28,878 nucleotides of DNA from a virus (taxonomy: Duplodnaviria; Caudoviricetes), in the IMG/VR virus record IMGVR_UViG_3300032116_008921, positions 1-28,878 of that record; one strand, 5' to 3'. The notes beneath the pieces are model-generated. The model was not told the origin of the DNA and made no database searches. It saw only the letters and a list, made by a program, of their open reading frames with translations. Shown in pieces: positions 1 through 9,392 of the stretch (the stretch's first letter is position 1; every line of letters begins with the position of its first letter). A program made the position numbers and the translations under genes.

Positions 1-1727
1 GCTCACAATCATCTTTTCATTTAGGTGAAGGTAGCCCATATCAAGAACCTATTACAGGTAGCCTTGATGAAGCACGCTTTCGTTTTGCTAGTTCAGTAGG
101 TATTAACCCATGGACTCCTGGACAAATGTCTTTATTAAAGAAAACTACTTTACAAGAGGCAGTTACTGGTGATAGCCGTGTATTTAATACCGTTGTTGAT
201 GGTGTTGAATATTTAATATTAGTTAAGTACGCATCTACTGAAACAATCCGTGTCTTAAGAATTAGAATAAGTGATAGTGCTGAAACAACCATAGTAAACA
301 ACACATCATTAACTGAAAACATTATTGCCGTTACCATGGGTGGTAATGATTTAATTATGGTTACCCCAACTAAAGTTTGGCGTTATTCATTTAATGAAAA
401 CACTCCTGCGTTGCACCAAGATTATGCAATCAACGCAGCCAACGCACAAACTGCCACTATTGGTTATGTTAAGAATCGTTTTATTCTAGGCTATCACGAT
501 GTTAACCAAAGTACTTTTGTATATGAATTAAACCGTAATAGTGGTTCATCTATTAACCTAAGCACACTTACTCCAGTAAATGGCAGTACTACTTTGCCAC
601 TTGGATATACCTTTAGAGCGGTAACTGAGGCTGGTGCTGCTATCTATATTGGTGGATTCTCAGGCGAGCAAGGAAATGTTTACAAGATTACAGTAGCAGA
701 TGACGGTACTTTAAATACTATGACCAGCGTAATCACATTACCTGGTGGAGAACAGATTACTGGATTATTTGGATACCTTGGTACCTATGTAATTTTGGGA
801 ACTAGCCAAGGATTGAGAGTTGCTATTGCTAATGAAGTAGGAGATTTATCCTACGGACCACTTGTATTTAAAACATCATTAGGTGTGTTTAAAATGAGTG
901 CATACAGTAAATTTATTTATGCTGGAGTTGACTCTGGCGTAGGTGGTAACTCTGGTATCTATCGTGTTGACTTATCACAACCTTTAACTGGTGGAGGCTA
1001 TGCCTATGCTACTGATGTTTATGGAGATAGTGTAACTGGTAAAGTTGAAGGCGTTGCTAATCTAAGCGATGGGCGTGTAGCCTTTTGTGTAAATGGTGAT
1101 GGATTATTTATTGAACATGCTACTGAGTTACTAGAATTAGGTGAGTTAACTACAGGTATTATTCGTTATGAAACCCTTGAAAACAAAGCATGGAAGCGTT
1201 TAAAAATAAGAACCGAAAGCGCTCTCAATGGTGATATTGATATTTTCCGTGTCCAAAATGGGGTTGCACAGTCTTTTAGAACAGTAGAACAAGGAAGCAG
1301 TACAGATTATGACTACGACTTATCATCGGTTTTTAGCGATGTTAGCGTTGAAGCGCAATTTAAATTCCGACTTAACCGTAACGACACCACTGCAACAACG
1401 GGTGCGGTTATGTCTGGTTACTCTGTTAAGGCTTTGCCTACTCCTACTCGTGCTCGTCTTATTCAGTTTCCTCTCTTTTGTTTTGATTCTGAGCGTGACC
1501 GTCTTAAGAACATTATGGGCTTTCAAGGATATGCCCTTGGTCGCCTTCAAGCACTTGAGCAAATGGAAGCACAGGGCGAAACTGTAATCATCCAAGATTT
1601 CACGGCTAATGGTGAACCTATTGAGGCTGTGATAGAACAAGTAACCTTCACTCGTACCACACCACCAAATGGAAACTTCACTGGATGGGGTGGCATCATT
1701 CAAATCACGGCAAGAACTGTCGTATAA
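1..1727 (+). CDS. Tail-associated structural protein, 5'-truncated (probable beta-propeller-rich)
   Basis: The frame is open from base 3 (SQSSFHLGEGSPYQEP...GINPWTPGQMSLL), so the ATG at 126 is internal. Beta-rich G/T/V composition; lies directly before the lysis genes. Confidence 0.65.
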   Translation, partial: SQSSFHLGEGSPYQEPITGSLDEARFRFASSVGINPWTPGQMSLLKKTTLQEAVTGDSRVFNTVVDGVEYLILVKYASTETIRVLRIRISDSAETTIVNNTSLTENIIAVTMGGNDLIMVTPTKVWRYSFNENTPALHQDYAINAANAQTATIGYVKNRFILGYHDVNQSTFVYELNRNSGSSINLSTLTPVNGSTTLPLGYTFRAVTEAGAAIYIGGFSGEQGNVYKITVADDGTLNTMTSVITLPGGEQITGLFGYLGTYVILGTSQGLRVAIANEVGDLSYGPLVFKTSLGVFKMSAYSKFIYAGVDSGVGGNSGIYRVDLSQPLTGGGYAYATDVYGDSVTGKVEGVANLSDGRVAFCVNGDGLFIEHATELLELGELTTGIIRYETLENKAWKRLKIRTESALNGDIDIFRVQNGVAQSFRTVEQGSSTDYDYDLSSVFSDVSVEAQFKFRLNRNDTTATTGAVMSGYSVKALPTPTRARLIQFPLFCFDSERDRLKNIMGFQGYALGRLQALEQMEAQGETVIIQDFTANGEPIEAVIEQVTFTRTTPPNGNFTGWGGIIQITARTVV

Positions 1728-1741
1728 TATAAGGAGCCGTA

Positions 1742-1945
1742 ATGACCCCTGCTGATTGGGCTGCACTTGCAGTATCTATAACAACTTTAGTTGGCGCACT
1801 AGCCATGGGAGTAAAGCATTTGACAAAGCACTACTTGTCAGAACTTAAACCCAATGGTGGGTCAAGCCTAAAAGATACCGTCAATGCGCTAGAGCAGAAG
1901 GTAGAATTACTGACCGAGTTAGTTAAAGAGGCTTTAAGAAGGTAG
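1742..1945 (+). CDS. Small membrane protein, holin-like
   Basis: AAGGAG RBS; N-terminal hydrophobic helix, PNGGSSLKD motif and coiled-coil tail; adjacent to the endolysin. Confidence 0.6.
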   Translation: MTPADWAALAVSITTLVGALAMGVKHLTKHYLSELKPNGGSSLKDTVNALEQKVELLTELVKEALRR

Positions 1946-1947
1946 GC

Positions 1948-2409
1948 ATGAGTACACCAAAAGTTGCCAAGGTTGCAAGCCCTGCTGCCATAGCGGTCCT
2001 GCGCCAAGCAACCGCCCTATCACCCCTGCGCAAGAAAGCATCTGATGGGCTATTGCCTTCGGCAACACACTTAAAGGCAAGTCCTAATTCAGACCATAAT
2101 ACAGGTCTTGCAGTAGACTTAACCCATGACCCAAAGCATGGCATTGACTGTGCGGAGATATTTCAAAAACTCAAAGATGATGACAGAGTTAGTTATCTCA
2201 TATTCTGTGGAAAAATTTGGTCAAGGGATAAAGCAAAGCAAGGTGACAGAAAGTATACGGGTAGTAATCCGCATAACAAACATCTGCACATCTCCATCAG
2301 ACCAGAGTTTGCAAAAGATACCAGCCCTTGGTTCTGGTGGAAAAATCAACCAAGCCTAACCAAACAAATAATTGCCGAAACAATAAGCAATAACCCAAAA
2401 AAAAAGTAG
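1948..2409 (+). CDS. Endolysin, M15/LAS-type Zn peptidase-like
   Basis: SDHNTGLAVD (H-x6-D) and HNKHLHIS (HxH) Zn-ligand motifs; flanked by two membrane proteins. Confidence 0.7.
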   Translation: MSTPKVAKVASPAAIAVLRQATALSPLRKKASDGLLPSATHLKASPNSDHNTGLAVDLTHDPKHGIDCAEIFQKLKDDDRVSYLIFCGKIWSRDKAKQGDRKYTGSNPHNKHLHISIRPEFAKDTSPWFWWKNQPSLTKQIIAETISNNPKKK

Positions 2410-2432
2410 GCAATTTAAACGAAAGGCAAAAC

Positions 2433-2645
2433 ATGAAAGACCTAATCGCTAAACTAAAAAGCAAAAAGACTAAGGCTGCAGTTAAGTCTTATCTTCGTGC
2501 TGTTCTAGCATCAGCCGTAACCATGGGATTAGCACTGGCTGCTGACCTTGCACCTGAATATGCAATCCTGATTGGCTCCATAGCAGCACCACTTGCTAAG
2601 TGGGCTGACAAGACCGAGAAAGAATACGGTTTAGGTTCCGAATAA
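2433..2645 (+). CDS. Holin
   Basis: 70 aa with two hydrophobic segments and a basic N-terminus; GAAAGG RBS; follows the endolysin. Confidence 0.65.
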   Translation: MKDLIAKLKSKKTKAAVKSYLRAVLASAVTMGLALAADLAPEYAILIGSIAAPLAKWADKTEKEYGLGSE

Positions 2646-2662
2646 TTTAATACTGTTTAAAC

Positions 2663-2711
2663 AAAAGACCCCCGCAGTCAAGAGAAATCTTGATTAGCGG
2701 GGGCTTTTTTT
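2663..2711 (+). terminator. Intrinsic terminator of the late operon, probably bidirectional
   Basis: Stem CCCCCGC-AGTCAAGA-gaaa-TCTTGATT-a-GCGGGGG followed by T7, with A4 on the other side; lies between convergent genes. Confidence 0.85.
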
Positions 2712-2772
2712 GTTTCCCTAGAGTAGGTAATCAGTCATACTGCACTCCCCAGTGCAATCTAACTAATTAATA

Positions 2773-2979
2773 CTAACACACATCCACTGGCGTAGGGGCT
2801 GTAAGTTTTGCGCCACATAATCCACACTCTGCTTCTGTAAACCAAAGAGCAATTTCACCTGCTTCAAAGATGCAAATAGTTTTAATTAACTTAGAACCAC
2901 AAGGACAAACATGGGTTGGTATGCCGCTATAATCTTGCTTTGCAGAGGGTTGCTTTCGCTGACGCTTCAGCAACCACAT
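2773..2979 (-). CDS. Small zinc-ribbon protein
   Basis: CPCG...CGLC motif; isolated minus-strand gene ending near the terminator. Confidence 0.6.
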   Translation of the reverse strand: MWLLKRQRKQPSAKQDYSGIPTHVCPCGSKLIKTICIFEAGEIALWFTEAECGLCGAKLTAPTPVDVC

Positions 2980-3028
2980 ACACTATTCCCGTTCTGCACG
3001 AACAGGAGTATAGTCAGATAAAATTTAA

Positions 3029-3090
3029 AATTACATATTTGTAATTATATCGGCGTGTCGCTGAATAGAGGAGTGAGGTGCATGTAAACT
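3029..3090 (+). promoter_or_regulatory. Putative promoter region of the replication operon
   Basis: Inverted repeat AATTACA-tatt-TGTAATT (3029-3046), CGGCGTGTCG (3051-3060), and -10-like TAAACT (3085-3090) 11 nt before the ATG at 3102. Confidence 0.45.
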
Positions 3091-3101
3091 CACCTATTGC
3101 T

Positions 3102-3956
3102 ATGACACTTGAAGAAAAAACTGGAAAGCCCTACATCAGCCACAGCGCCATGAGTACATGGCTTAATTGTGGTTGGTCGTACTATCTTTCCCGAATACAG
3201 AAAGTGCCTGAGAACCCATCCTACTGGCTTGTAGGGGGTAAATCTGTGCACGAGTGTACCGAATGGTATGACCGTATGGAGCCACAAATGCAGGCAATCG
3301 CAGATGTTGATTGTCATGCAGTGTTTGTAGATTATTGGAGAAAGAACTACGACATGGCTAACAACGGTATGCCTTTCCGTGCAGGAGGCAAAGCCACTAG
3401 ACAATATCCAAACAAAGAGGATGAATCTTGGTGGCTAGACAATGGACCTAAAATGTTCCATAACTGGATTGAATGGCGTAAGCAAGAAAATCCATACACT
3501 CCATATCAACTTTCAGGTGGTGACTTTGCTATTGAAACAGAACTAAATGTTGAAATTAGTGGAGTACCAATGAAAGGATTTCTTGACAGATTAATGGTAT
3601 CTCCTGACGGCGAACTTACCGTCATAGATATTAAAACATCTACAAGGGCACCAATCACCTATACACAACTAGGTACCTACGCCGTCATGTGCGAAAAAGT
3701 TATGGGTGTGCGACCAACCAAAGGCGCATACTTTATGGCACGCACAGGGGAATTAACCACCCCCGTAGACCTAGACCATTACACTGAAAATAGACTTGGC
3801 TCCCACTTGCGTGGGTTCAAAGTTGCGATTGACAACAACATATTCATACCACAACCTGGTTTTATGTGTGGTACATGTTCCGTTAATCATGCCTGCTATG
3901 CAGTAAAAGGTATAGAATCACACAAATACCCCGAACTAGGAGAAACAAATGAGTGA
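3102..3956 (+). CDS. PD-(D/E)XK exonuclease, RecB/Cas4-like, probable Fe-S cluster
   Basis: ISHS...C at the N-terminus, GFLDR, IDIKT, QLGTY, and C-terminal CGTC...C. The ATG at 3102 is preferred over the GTG at 3078. Confidence 0.85.
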   Translation: MTLEEKTGKPYISHSAMSTWLNCGWSYYLSRIQKVPENPSYWLVGGKSVHECTEWYDRMEPQMQAIADVDCHAVFVDYWRKNYDMANNGMPFRAGGKATRQYPNKEDESWWLDNGPKMFHNWIEWRKQENPYTPYQLSGGDFAIETELNVEISGVPMKGFLDRLMVSPDGELTVIDIKTSTRAPITYTQLGTYAVMCEKVMGVRPTKGAYFMARTGELTTPVDLDHYTENRLGSHLRGFKVAIDNNIFIPQPGFMCGTCSVNHACYAVKGIESHKYPELGETNE

Positions 3957-4323
3957 AAATACACCAATACAAATCAACTTCAAAACCAAAAAGGATGGCA
4001 TGTTGATTAACCTTCGTGCCCAAGATGGTGCTGAACTTGATTTACTAATGAGCCAAATCAGTGAGCGCCTTGCAGCGTTAGTTGATTTAGAAAAAACAAC
4101 CGAAGGAATGGCAGTAGTTAAAAATGCTTTTCCTAATGCACAAGTAGTTGGCTCAACACCAACTGCAACTCCATCAGCAGGTGCACCTGATTGTGCATGT
4201 GGTGGTGGCACTATGCGTTTTGTTCCAGCAGGTATTGCTAAATCTACTGGTCGCCCATACAAGGCATTTTATGCTTGCCCTAAACCACAAGGTCAGGCTT
4301 GCCAAAATAAGGTTCCTGCATAA
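3949..4323 (+). CDS. Hypothetical replication-module protein with C-terminal zinc finger
   Basis: CACGGG...GRPYKAFYAC...C motif; GGAGA RBS; overlaps the upstream stop. Confidence 0.65.
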   Translation: MSENTPIQINFKTKKDGMLINLRAQDGAELDLLMSQISERLAALVDLEKTTEGMAVVKNAFPNAQVVGSTPTATPSAGAPDCACGGGTMRFVPAGIAKSTGRPYKAFYACPKPQGQACQNKVPA

Positions 4324-4326
4324 ACA

Positions 4327-5106
4327 ATGCGCTTACTTTCTCGTGCAATCAGGACTGCTTCACAAGGTGGTGCCACGCTGCCAACAGTATGGCGCTCTTT
4401 ACTGGACCAGCAGATAGCATTTCGGCGAGGCGAAGTAAGCATGGTCGCAGGACCACCAGGGGCTGGTAAATCTACATTTGCTTTATCTCTTGCAGTTCAT
4501 GCAAAGGTTCCAACTCTTTACATTTCTGCAGATACTCACTCTCACACTATGAGTTTGCGTTTGCTTGCAATGTTAACCAACAGAACACAAGCAGAGGTTG
4601 AACCTATGATGGAATCAGATAGAGAGTGGGCAGCACAAATGTTGAAACCAGCAGACCACATAATGTGGGAATTTGATTCAGCACCTGCACTTAAGGATAT
4701 TGAGGATGCAATACTTGCAGCCCGTGAACGCCTAGGTAAAGATGTTGAATTGATTGTGCTTGATAATGCAGTTGATGTAACGCTTGACGGACAAGACGAA
4801 TGGGGTGGTCTACGCACCCTCATGCGTGAACTTAAATGGTGGGCACGAGATACTGGTGCTGCTGTAGTTGTATGCCATCACACTAGTGAAGGTGTTACTG
4901 GTAATCCTTGCCCACCTCGTTCAGCACTGCATGGAAAAATTGCACAAACTCCTTCGTTAATACTTACAGTGCACGGACAGATTGCAACCATGGGCGTGTG
5001 TGCTGTTAAAAATAGATACGGTCCAGCCGATGCTAACGGTGCTTCACCTGTTTGGCTTATCTACGACCCAGCCAGTATGCAGATAAAGGATGCAATAACA
5101 CAATGA
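4327..5106 (+). CDS. DnaB/RecA-like replicative helicase (ATPase domain only)
   Basis: Walker A GPPGAGKS, Walker B LIVLD, VCHHT, and KNRYGP arginine-finger motif. Confidence 0.85.
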   Translation: MRLLSRAIRTASQGGATLPTVWRSLLDQQIAFRRGEVSMVAGPPGAGKSTFALSLAVHAKVPTLYISADTHSHTMSLRLLAMLTNRTQAEVEPMMESDREWAAQMLKPADHIMWEFDSAPALKDIEDAILAARERLGKDVELIVLDNAVDVTLDGQDEWGGLRTLMRELKWWARDTGAAVVVCHHTSEGVTGNPCPPRSALHGKIAQTPSLILTVHGQIATMGVCAVKNRYGPADANGASPVWLIYDPASMQIKDAITQ

Positions 5107-5423
5107 CTTGGGAACTTAGATTAGTAGAAAACATGGGTGAGTTACTCGGTTCAGACAAGAGTGAAAGCGTAGTTGTTCCTACCGAAACACTTATTGAAGA
5201 TATGAAAAATCAGTTGAAATTTTTACCTAAGAACTTTACTTGGATAGTGGGGTGGAGGACCTATGTTTGGCAAGAAACGGAAACAAAAGAATTTAAAGAA
5301 CTTACACAGCGAGAGCATAAAAAACTTTACAGCGGAGAGCATCTCAATCAACCCGAAGATGGTGGAGAAAGCGATAATGCAGTCGGACCTACCACAGCCA
5401 GTGAAGGAAAATCTACTGAGTGA
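5103..5423 (+). CDS. Hypothetical protein
   Basis: ATGA overlap with the helicase stop gives the start MTWELRL. Confidence 0.55.
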   Translation: MTWELRLVENMGELLGSDKSESVVVPTETLIEDMKNQLKFLPKNFTWIVGWRTYVWQETETKEFKELTQREHKKLYSGEHLNQPEDGGESDNAVGPTTASEGKSTE

Positions 5424-5688
5424 ACTTCCAAACTTTGTGGAACATATTGATGAAGCAACAAACAAAATCTTCAATCCCTCCGCAATTTGGCTTGAGTCAA
5501 TCCAGTTTGCTGACTATGTGGGTCAACTTGCTGTACATCTCAGAGAAGAACACGGGGCAGATTGCCGAGAAGAAATCGCAGAACGACTTGCAGTAATGAG
5601 CGAGTCATTTAAAGAACTCGCAGAACACGCAATGATAGTTTTGGACCAATCACAGAAAGTGTTTAAACAACATGGCACACAGCACTAA
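5263..5688 (+). CDS. Hypothetical helical protein
   Basis: GGAGG RBS before the ATG at 5263; its end overlaps the next gene start. Confidence 0.6.
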   Translation: MFGKKRKQKNLKNLHSESIKNFTAESISINPKMVEKAIMQSDLPQPVKENLLSELPNFVEHIDEATNKIFNPSAIWLESIQFADYVGQLAVHLREEHGADCREEIAERLAVMSESFKELAEHAMIVLDQSQKVFKQHGTQH

Positions 5689-6400
5689 GGAAACGCTTTC
5701 TATTATATGGTGTGATAACGGCACTACTGATGGCAAGTTTACAGAAGGTTTAGTTTATACAATCATTCATGCTCACACCGTTGGAGTACCCGTTAACAAT
5801 GCTATTCGTGTACAGGGTAATCAGATAGCAAGACAGCGCCAAGCAGCCATTGAAATGTGGGAAAAGGTTGGCACTGACTGGGCATTATGGATTGATTCTG
5901 ATATTGAATTAACACAACAGATATTAAAAACATTGTGGGATGCAGCAGATAAGGTTGCTCGCCCCATAATGTGTGGTGTTTATTTTATATCTAAACAGAT
6001 GGAAGGTTCATTGATGCAGCCAATGCCTTGCATATTTAATGAAACAGATAATGATTATGAGATTACCTATGTTCATCCTCTGCCTAAGAATCAAATCCTC
6101 AAGGTTGATAATGCAGGCATGGGATTAATTCTTATGCACAAGAGTGTGCTAACAGCGCTTAATGAAAAATATCCAGGGGACTTTTGGTTTGGCGAGAACA
6201 ACGAACGAGGTGAAAGATTTATTGGTGAAGACATTGCCTTCTTCCGCAAGGTTAGAAAGGCAGGTATATCAATACATGCACACACTGGAGTTATAGCAAA
6301 ACACATGAAGCGATTTGCTTTTGATGGTCCTTTCTATAACCTGTATTGGGCAGCAGTAGAAGCAACAGAAAGGAAAGAGCGTGAGTCTACAAAAGAGTAA
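5672..6400 (+). CDS. GT-A fold (GT2-like) glycosyltransferase
   Basis: WIDSDI (DxD), AGMGLIL, GEDIAF and C-terminal HMK motifs. Confidence 0.75.
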   Translation: MAHSTKETLSIIWCDNGTTDGKFTEGLVYTIIHAHTVGVPVNNAIRVQGNQIARQRQAAIEMWEKVGTDWALWIDSDIELTQQILKTLWDAADKVARPIMCGVYFISKQMEGSLMQPMPCIFNETDNDYEITYVHPLPKNQILKVDNAGMGLILMHKSVLTALNEKYPGDFWFGENNERGERFIGEDIAFFRKVRKAGISIHAHTGVIAKHMKRFAFDGPFYNLYWAAVEATERKERESTKE

Positions 6401-6743
6401 TAAACGCAGAGGTGCAAACTTTGAGATAGACTTAGTTGATTGGTTTATGACCCAAGGTTTAAACGCTCAACGCCTACCTCGTGCTGGGCGCAATGATGTT
6501 GGCGATGCTTTTGTTCCTGGGGTAAATGGAAGTTATGTTGTAGAAGCCAAAGCACCACGGCGTGATGGTCGCATTGACCTATCAGGTTGGTTGCGAGAAG
6601 CAGAGATTGAAGCAGAAAATTACAAAGAACAAAAGAAACTTGCAGTTGCACCAACACCATTGGTGATTATTAAAGCAAGCAACAAAGGAATAGGAGATGC
6701 TTATGTTGTTCAAAGGCTCAGCGATGTCCTCCCAAACCTCTAA
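6381..6743 (+). CDS. Holliday junction resolvase (Hjc-like PD-(D/E)XK)
   Basis: KRRGANFE...DVGD...VEAK motifs. Confidence 0.75.
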   Translation: MSLQKSNKRRGANFEIDLVDWFMTQGLNAQRLPRAGRNDVGDAFVPGVNGSYVVEAKAPRRDGRIDLSGWLREAEIEAENYKEQKKLAVAPTPLVIIKASNKGIGDAYVVQRLSDVLPNL

Positions 6744-7101
6744 GCACAGTATCGTAAAGATACTAGAACATTATGGTTTTACTATTCCAAGTAATCGTGG
6801 AGGCTGGCAATCAGTTCGTTGCTTGTTCCACAATGACCATGTTAAATCGGCTCGTGTAAACATTGATGGCGGTGGCTTTAGATGTTTTGCTTGCGATATG
6901 GCTGGAGATGTTTATTCAATTATCATGAAACGAGAAGGAGTTAATTATGGCGAGGCTCTCAAAATCGCAGAGGGAATTACTGGCGAAAGCAACGGAGAAC
7001 TACGAAAAAAATCTAGGAGAAGTACTACCATACCTAGAGAGTCGAGGTATAACCGAGGCAACGGCTCGTATGTTCCGCCTAGGCTTCGTGAAGAATCCTG
7101 A
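6724..7101 (+). CDS. DNA primase zinc-binding (CHC2) domain protein
   Basis: CLFHND...SA...FRCFAC...GDV. The start is likely the ATG at 6724. Confidence 0.8.
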   Translation: MSSQTSKHSIVKILEHYGFTIPSNRGGWQSVRCLFHNDHVKSARVNIDGGGFRCFACDMAGDVYSIIMKREGVNYGEALKIAEGITGESNGELRKKSRRSTTIPRESRYNRGNGSYVPPRLREES

Positions 7102-7567
7102 AACAGGACATGAGTTGTATCTAAACAAGTTATCTATTCCATACATCACGCCATCGGGTGTAATTGATATTCGTTTTCGTAGTTTAAACAATGAGAGTGG
7201 ACCGAAGTATCTTTCAAGACCAGGAGCATCAACTCATATCTATAACATAACTGCATTGTCTAGGGACAATGGCATGTTAGTTATATGTGAAGGTGAGATT
7301 GATACCATCATTGCTACACAAGTTGGATTAATTGCAGTTGGCTTGCCTGGTGCTAACAACTGGAAACCATTTTACTCTCGTGTGCTTGATGGCTGGGATA
7401 AAATTATGTTGTTTTGTGATGGTGATAATGCAGGGCGTGAGATGGCTAAGACTATAAGCAGAGAACTAGATAATGTTTTTCCTGTGTTCATGCCTGATAA
7501 TCAAGATGTTAACGATGTCTTTTTGGCAGAGGGTGCAGAAGGATTACGCAGACGAGTGGGTGTTTAA
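6947..7567 (+). CDS. DNA primase catalytic TOPRIM protein
   Basis: YLESRGI, PKYL, ICEGEID, DGDNAG and DVND motifs; GAAGGAG RBS. Confidence 0.85.
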   Translation: MARLSKSQRELLAKATENYEKNLGEVLPYLESRGITEATARMFRLGFVKNPETGHELYLNKLSIPYITPSGVIDIRFRSLNNESGPKYLSRPGASTHIYNITALSRDNGMLVICEGEIDTIIATQVGLIAVGLPGANNWKPFYSRVLDGWDKIMLFCDGDNAGREMAKTISRELDNVFPVFMPDNQDVNDVFLAEGAEGLRRRVGV

Positions 7568-7569
7568 CC

Positions 7570-7968
7570 TTGGCTAAGAACTCATCATTTGATTTAGACT
7601 TTGGATACGGAAGAAAAGGAGAACAACTTGTCGAAGAACTGCTCACCCAAGGTAGAACTGTGGAAGTTAAGCGAGATAGAAAATGGTATAAAACTAACAA
7701 CTTATACATTGAAACTTCCTGCTATTTTAAAAAGACCGAATCATGGGAAGATTCAGGATTGGCAATTACGGAGGCTGCATACTGGGCTTTCGTTTTACAG
7801 GTATCGGTCATCATGGTACCTACACCTACGCTTCGGTATGCAGTGCAAAACTTTGGTAGAGAAATAACTTGCGAGATACCACCAAACCTTAGTAAGGGTT
7901 ATCTAATTACAGTAGATGACCTAATGACAGCAACAAGGAAGTACAATGACGAACCAACCAATGGATGA
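7570..7968 (+). CDS. Putative PD-(D/E)XK-like nuclease-fold protein
   Basis: GEQLV...VEVKRD...NLYIE pattern; TTG start. Confidence 0.5.
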   Translation: MAKNSSFDLDFGYGRKGEQLVEELLTQGRTVEVKRDRKWYKTNNLYIETSCYFKKTESWEDSGLAITEAAYWAFVLQVSVIMVPTPTLRYAVQNFGREITCEIPPNLSKGYLITVDDLMTATRKYNDEPTNG

Positions 7969-8638
7969 ACAAGATAAAGTTTGGCAAACCATCTATAGTA
8001 TTGCTCGTCAAGTAGCAAGTCGTGCCAACCGTATTCATCGTGGGCTTGTAAGCACTGATGATTTGTACCAACACATGTCCTTATGGGCATTGGAACACTG
8101 GCACAAGATTGAACAGTGGCAAGCAGAAGAAAGTTTAAAGTTTAAACTGCGTAAAACTTTTTACAATGAGGGACAAAAGTATGTAGCAAAAGAGAGAACA
8201 AGATACTCTCGCTCGCCTATGTCTGATACTTTTTACTATACCCATCAGGTATTGCACGAGTTATTACCTGATGTATGGGAGCGTGTTGGCTGGACTGATA
8301 CGCCTGACATGACTGCTGAGTTTATTGCACACTCTAGCAAGCCTTCCGAAGGTGGCAACAGACTAGCCTTGTTATCAGATGTTGCTGCAGGTTTGGCTCG
8401 TTTAAACAAGAACGATAAAGATTTACTACGGATGCGATATGGCAATGGTGGTATGGATTTTGCAGCACTTGCCGAAACCTACGGTGCAAGTGATGAAGCC
8501 ATACGCAAGCGTGTCAAGCGTGCTTTGGATAAACTACAAGACAGGCTTGGTGGTGAGCCACCTATTTGGCGTGGGCGTAGGCGTGTTCGTAGTAATGCAG
8601 AAGCACAGGCAGAGATAAAAAATCAGGAGGAAGAATGA
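7946..8638 (+). CDS. Sigma70-family-like transcription factor
   Basis: Region-2-like DDLYQHMSLW and region-4 HTH (LRMRYG...FAALAETYGASDEAIRKRVKRALDKL). Confidence 0.75.
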   Translation: MTNQPMDEQDKVWQTIYSIARQVASRANRIHRGLVSTDDLYQHMSLWALEHWHKIEQWQAEESLKFKLRKTFYNEGQKYVAKERTRYSRSPMSDTFYYTHQVLHELLPDVWERVGWTDTPDMTAEFIAHSSKPSEGGNRLALLSDVAAGLARLNKNDKDLLRMRYGNGGMDFAALAETYGASDEAIRKRVKRALDKLQDRLGGEPPIWRGRRRVRSNAEAQAEIKNQEEE

Positions 8639-8721
8639 GGGCTATTAATCCATTGTGGTGCCTGCTTGCATTTTATACGGGCTGGTATGTTTGCTATATT
8701 CAAATGAAGAATTGGAAATAA
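8635..8721 (+). CDS. 28-aa hydrophobic micro-protein (not in ORF track)
   Basis: MRAINPLWCLLAFYTGWYVCYIQMKNWK; AGGAGG RBS, ATGA overlap upstream, TAATG overlap downstream. Confidence 0.55.
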   Translation: MRAINPLWCLLAFYTGWYVCYIQMKNWK

Positions 8722-8858
8722 TGAATAAAGAAATAAAGATTAAAAATTTATGGCTGTATTTTGGCTTGTCTTTTAAGCGCCTTGCTATTGGTTTTGAAAT
8801 TGATAGATACCATGTTGATATAGATTTATTTTTTATATGGATTGGGGTTGAGTTTTGA
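8721..8858 (+). CDS. 45-aa hypothetical protein
   Basis: The start at 8721 is coupled to the previous stop, and its stop overlaps the kinase start. Confidence 0.55.
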   Translation: MNKEIKIKNLWLYFGLSFKRLAIGFEIDRYHVDIDLFFIWIGVEF

Positions 8859-9391
8859 TTATTGGATTGAGTGGGTATGCACGCAGTGGTAAGGATACTG
8901 TTGCGGAATTGCTATGTTTAAACTATGGATTCAAGCGCATCTCTTTTGCATTACCTATGCGTGATGCGATATACACACTGAACCCATTGGTTGATGGCTT
9001 CAATCGTGTTGCTGATTTGGTTGAGGATTATGGTTGGGATATAGCCAAGGCTAATACCGAGGTGCGTAGATTGCTTCAAGTCTTTGGCACTGATGTTGGT
9101 AGAAATATTTTTGGTGAAACATTTTGGATTGACCAAGCGTTTAAACGAGCAGAAGAATATGAACGAGTTGTGTTCTCTGATGTGCGCTTTCCTAATGAAG
9201 CCAATGCTATTCAAGAAAGAGGCGGAGATGTATGGCGCATCAATCGCCACGGTCATAGTCCAGTTAATACTCATATATCAGAGCATGCAATGGATAATTA
9301 TTTGTTTAAACATGTTGTCTACAACGATGGGACTTTAGATGATTTGTCTAATGAAATATTTATGTTAATGCACAACGCCTATAAATTATAG
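8855..9391 (+). CDS. Deoxynucleoside monophosphate kinase
   Basis: IIGLSGYARSGKDT P-loop, SFA, RRLLQVFGTD, SDVRFPNE and HISE motifs. Confidence 0.9.
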   Translation: MIIGLSGYARSGKDTVAELLCLNYGFKRISFALPMRDAIYTLNPLVDGFNRVADLVEDYGWDIAKANTEVRRLLQVFGTDVGRNIFGETFWIDQAFKRAEEYERVVFSDVRFPNEANAIQERGGDVWRINRHGHSPVNTHISEHAMDNYLFKHVVYNDGTLDDLSNEIFMLMHNAYKL

Positions 9392-9392
9392 A

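Noticed and set aside
2397-2405. A9 run as a programmed frameshift in the endolysin
   Set aside because: It lies immediately before the stop, and the next gene has its own RBS.
3102-3956. cas4 as part of a CRISPR-Cas system
   Set aside because: Stand-alone Cas4-like exonucleases are common in phage replication modules; no cas1 or cas2 is present.
8655-8858. 67-aa ORF starting at GTG 8655
   Set aside because: Better explained by two coupled ORFs, 8635-8721 and 8721-8858.
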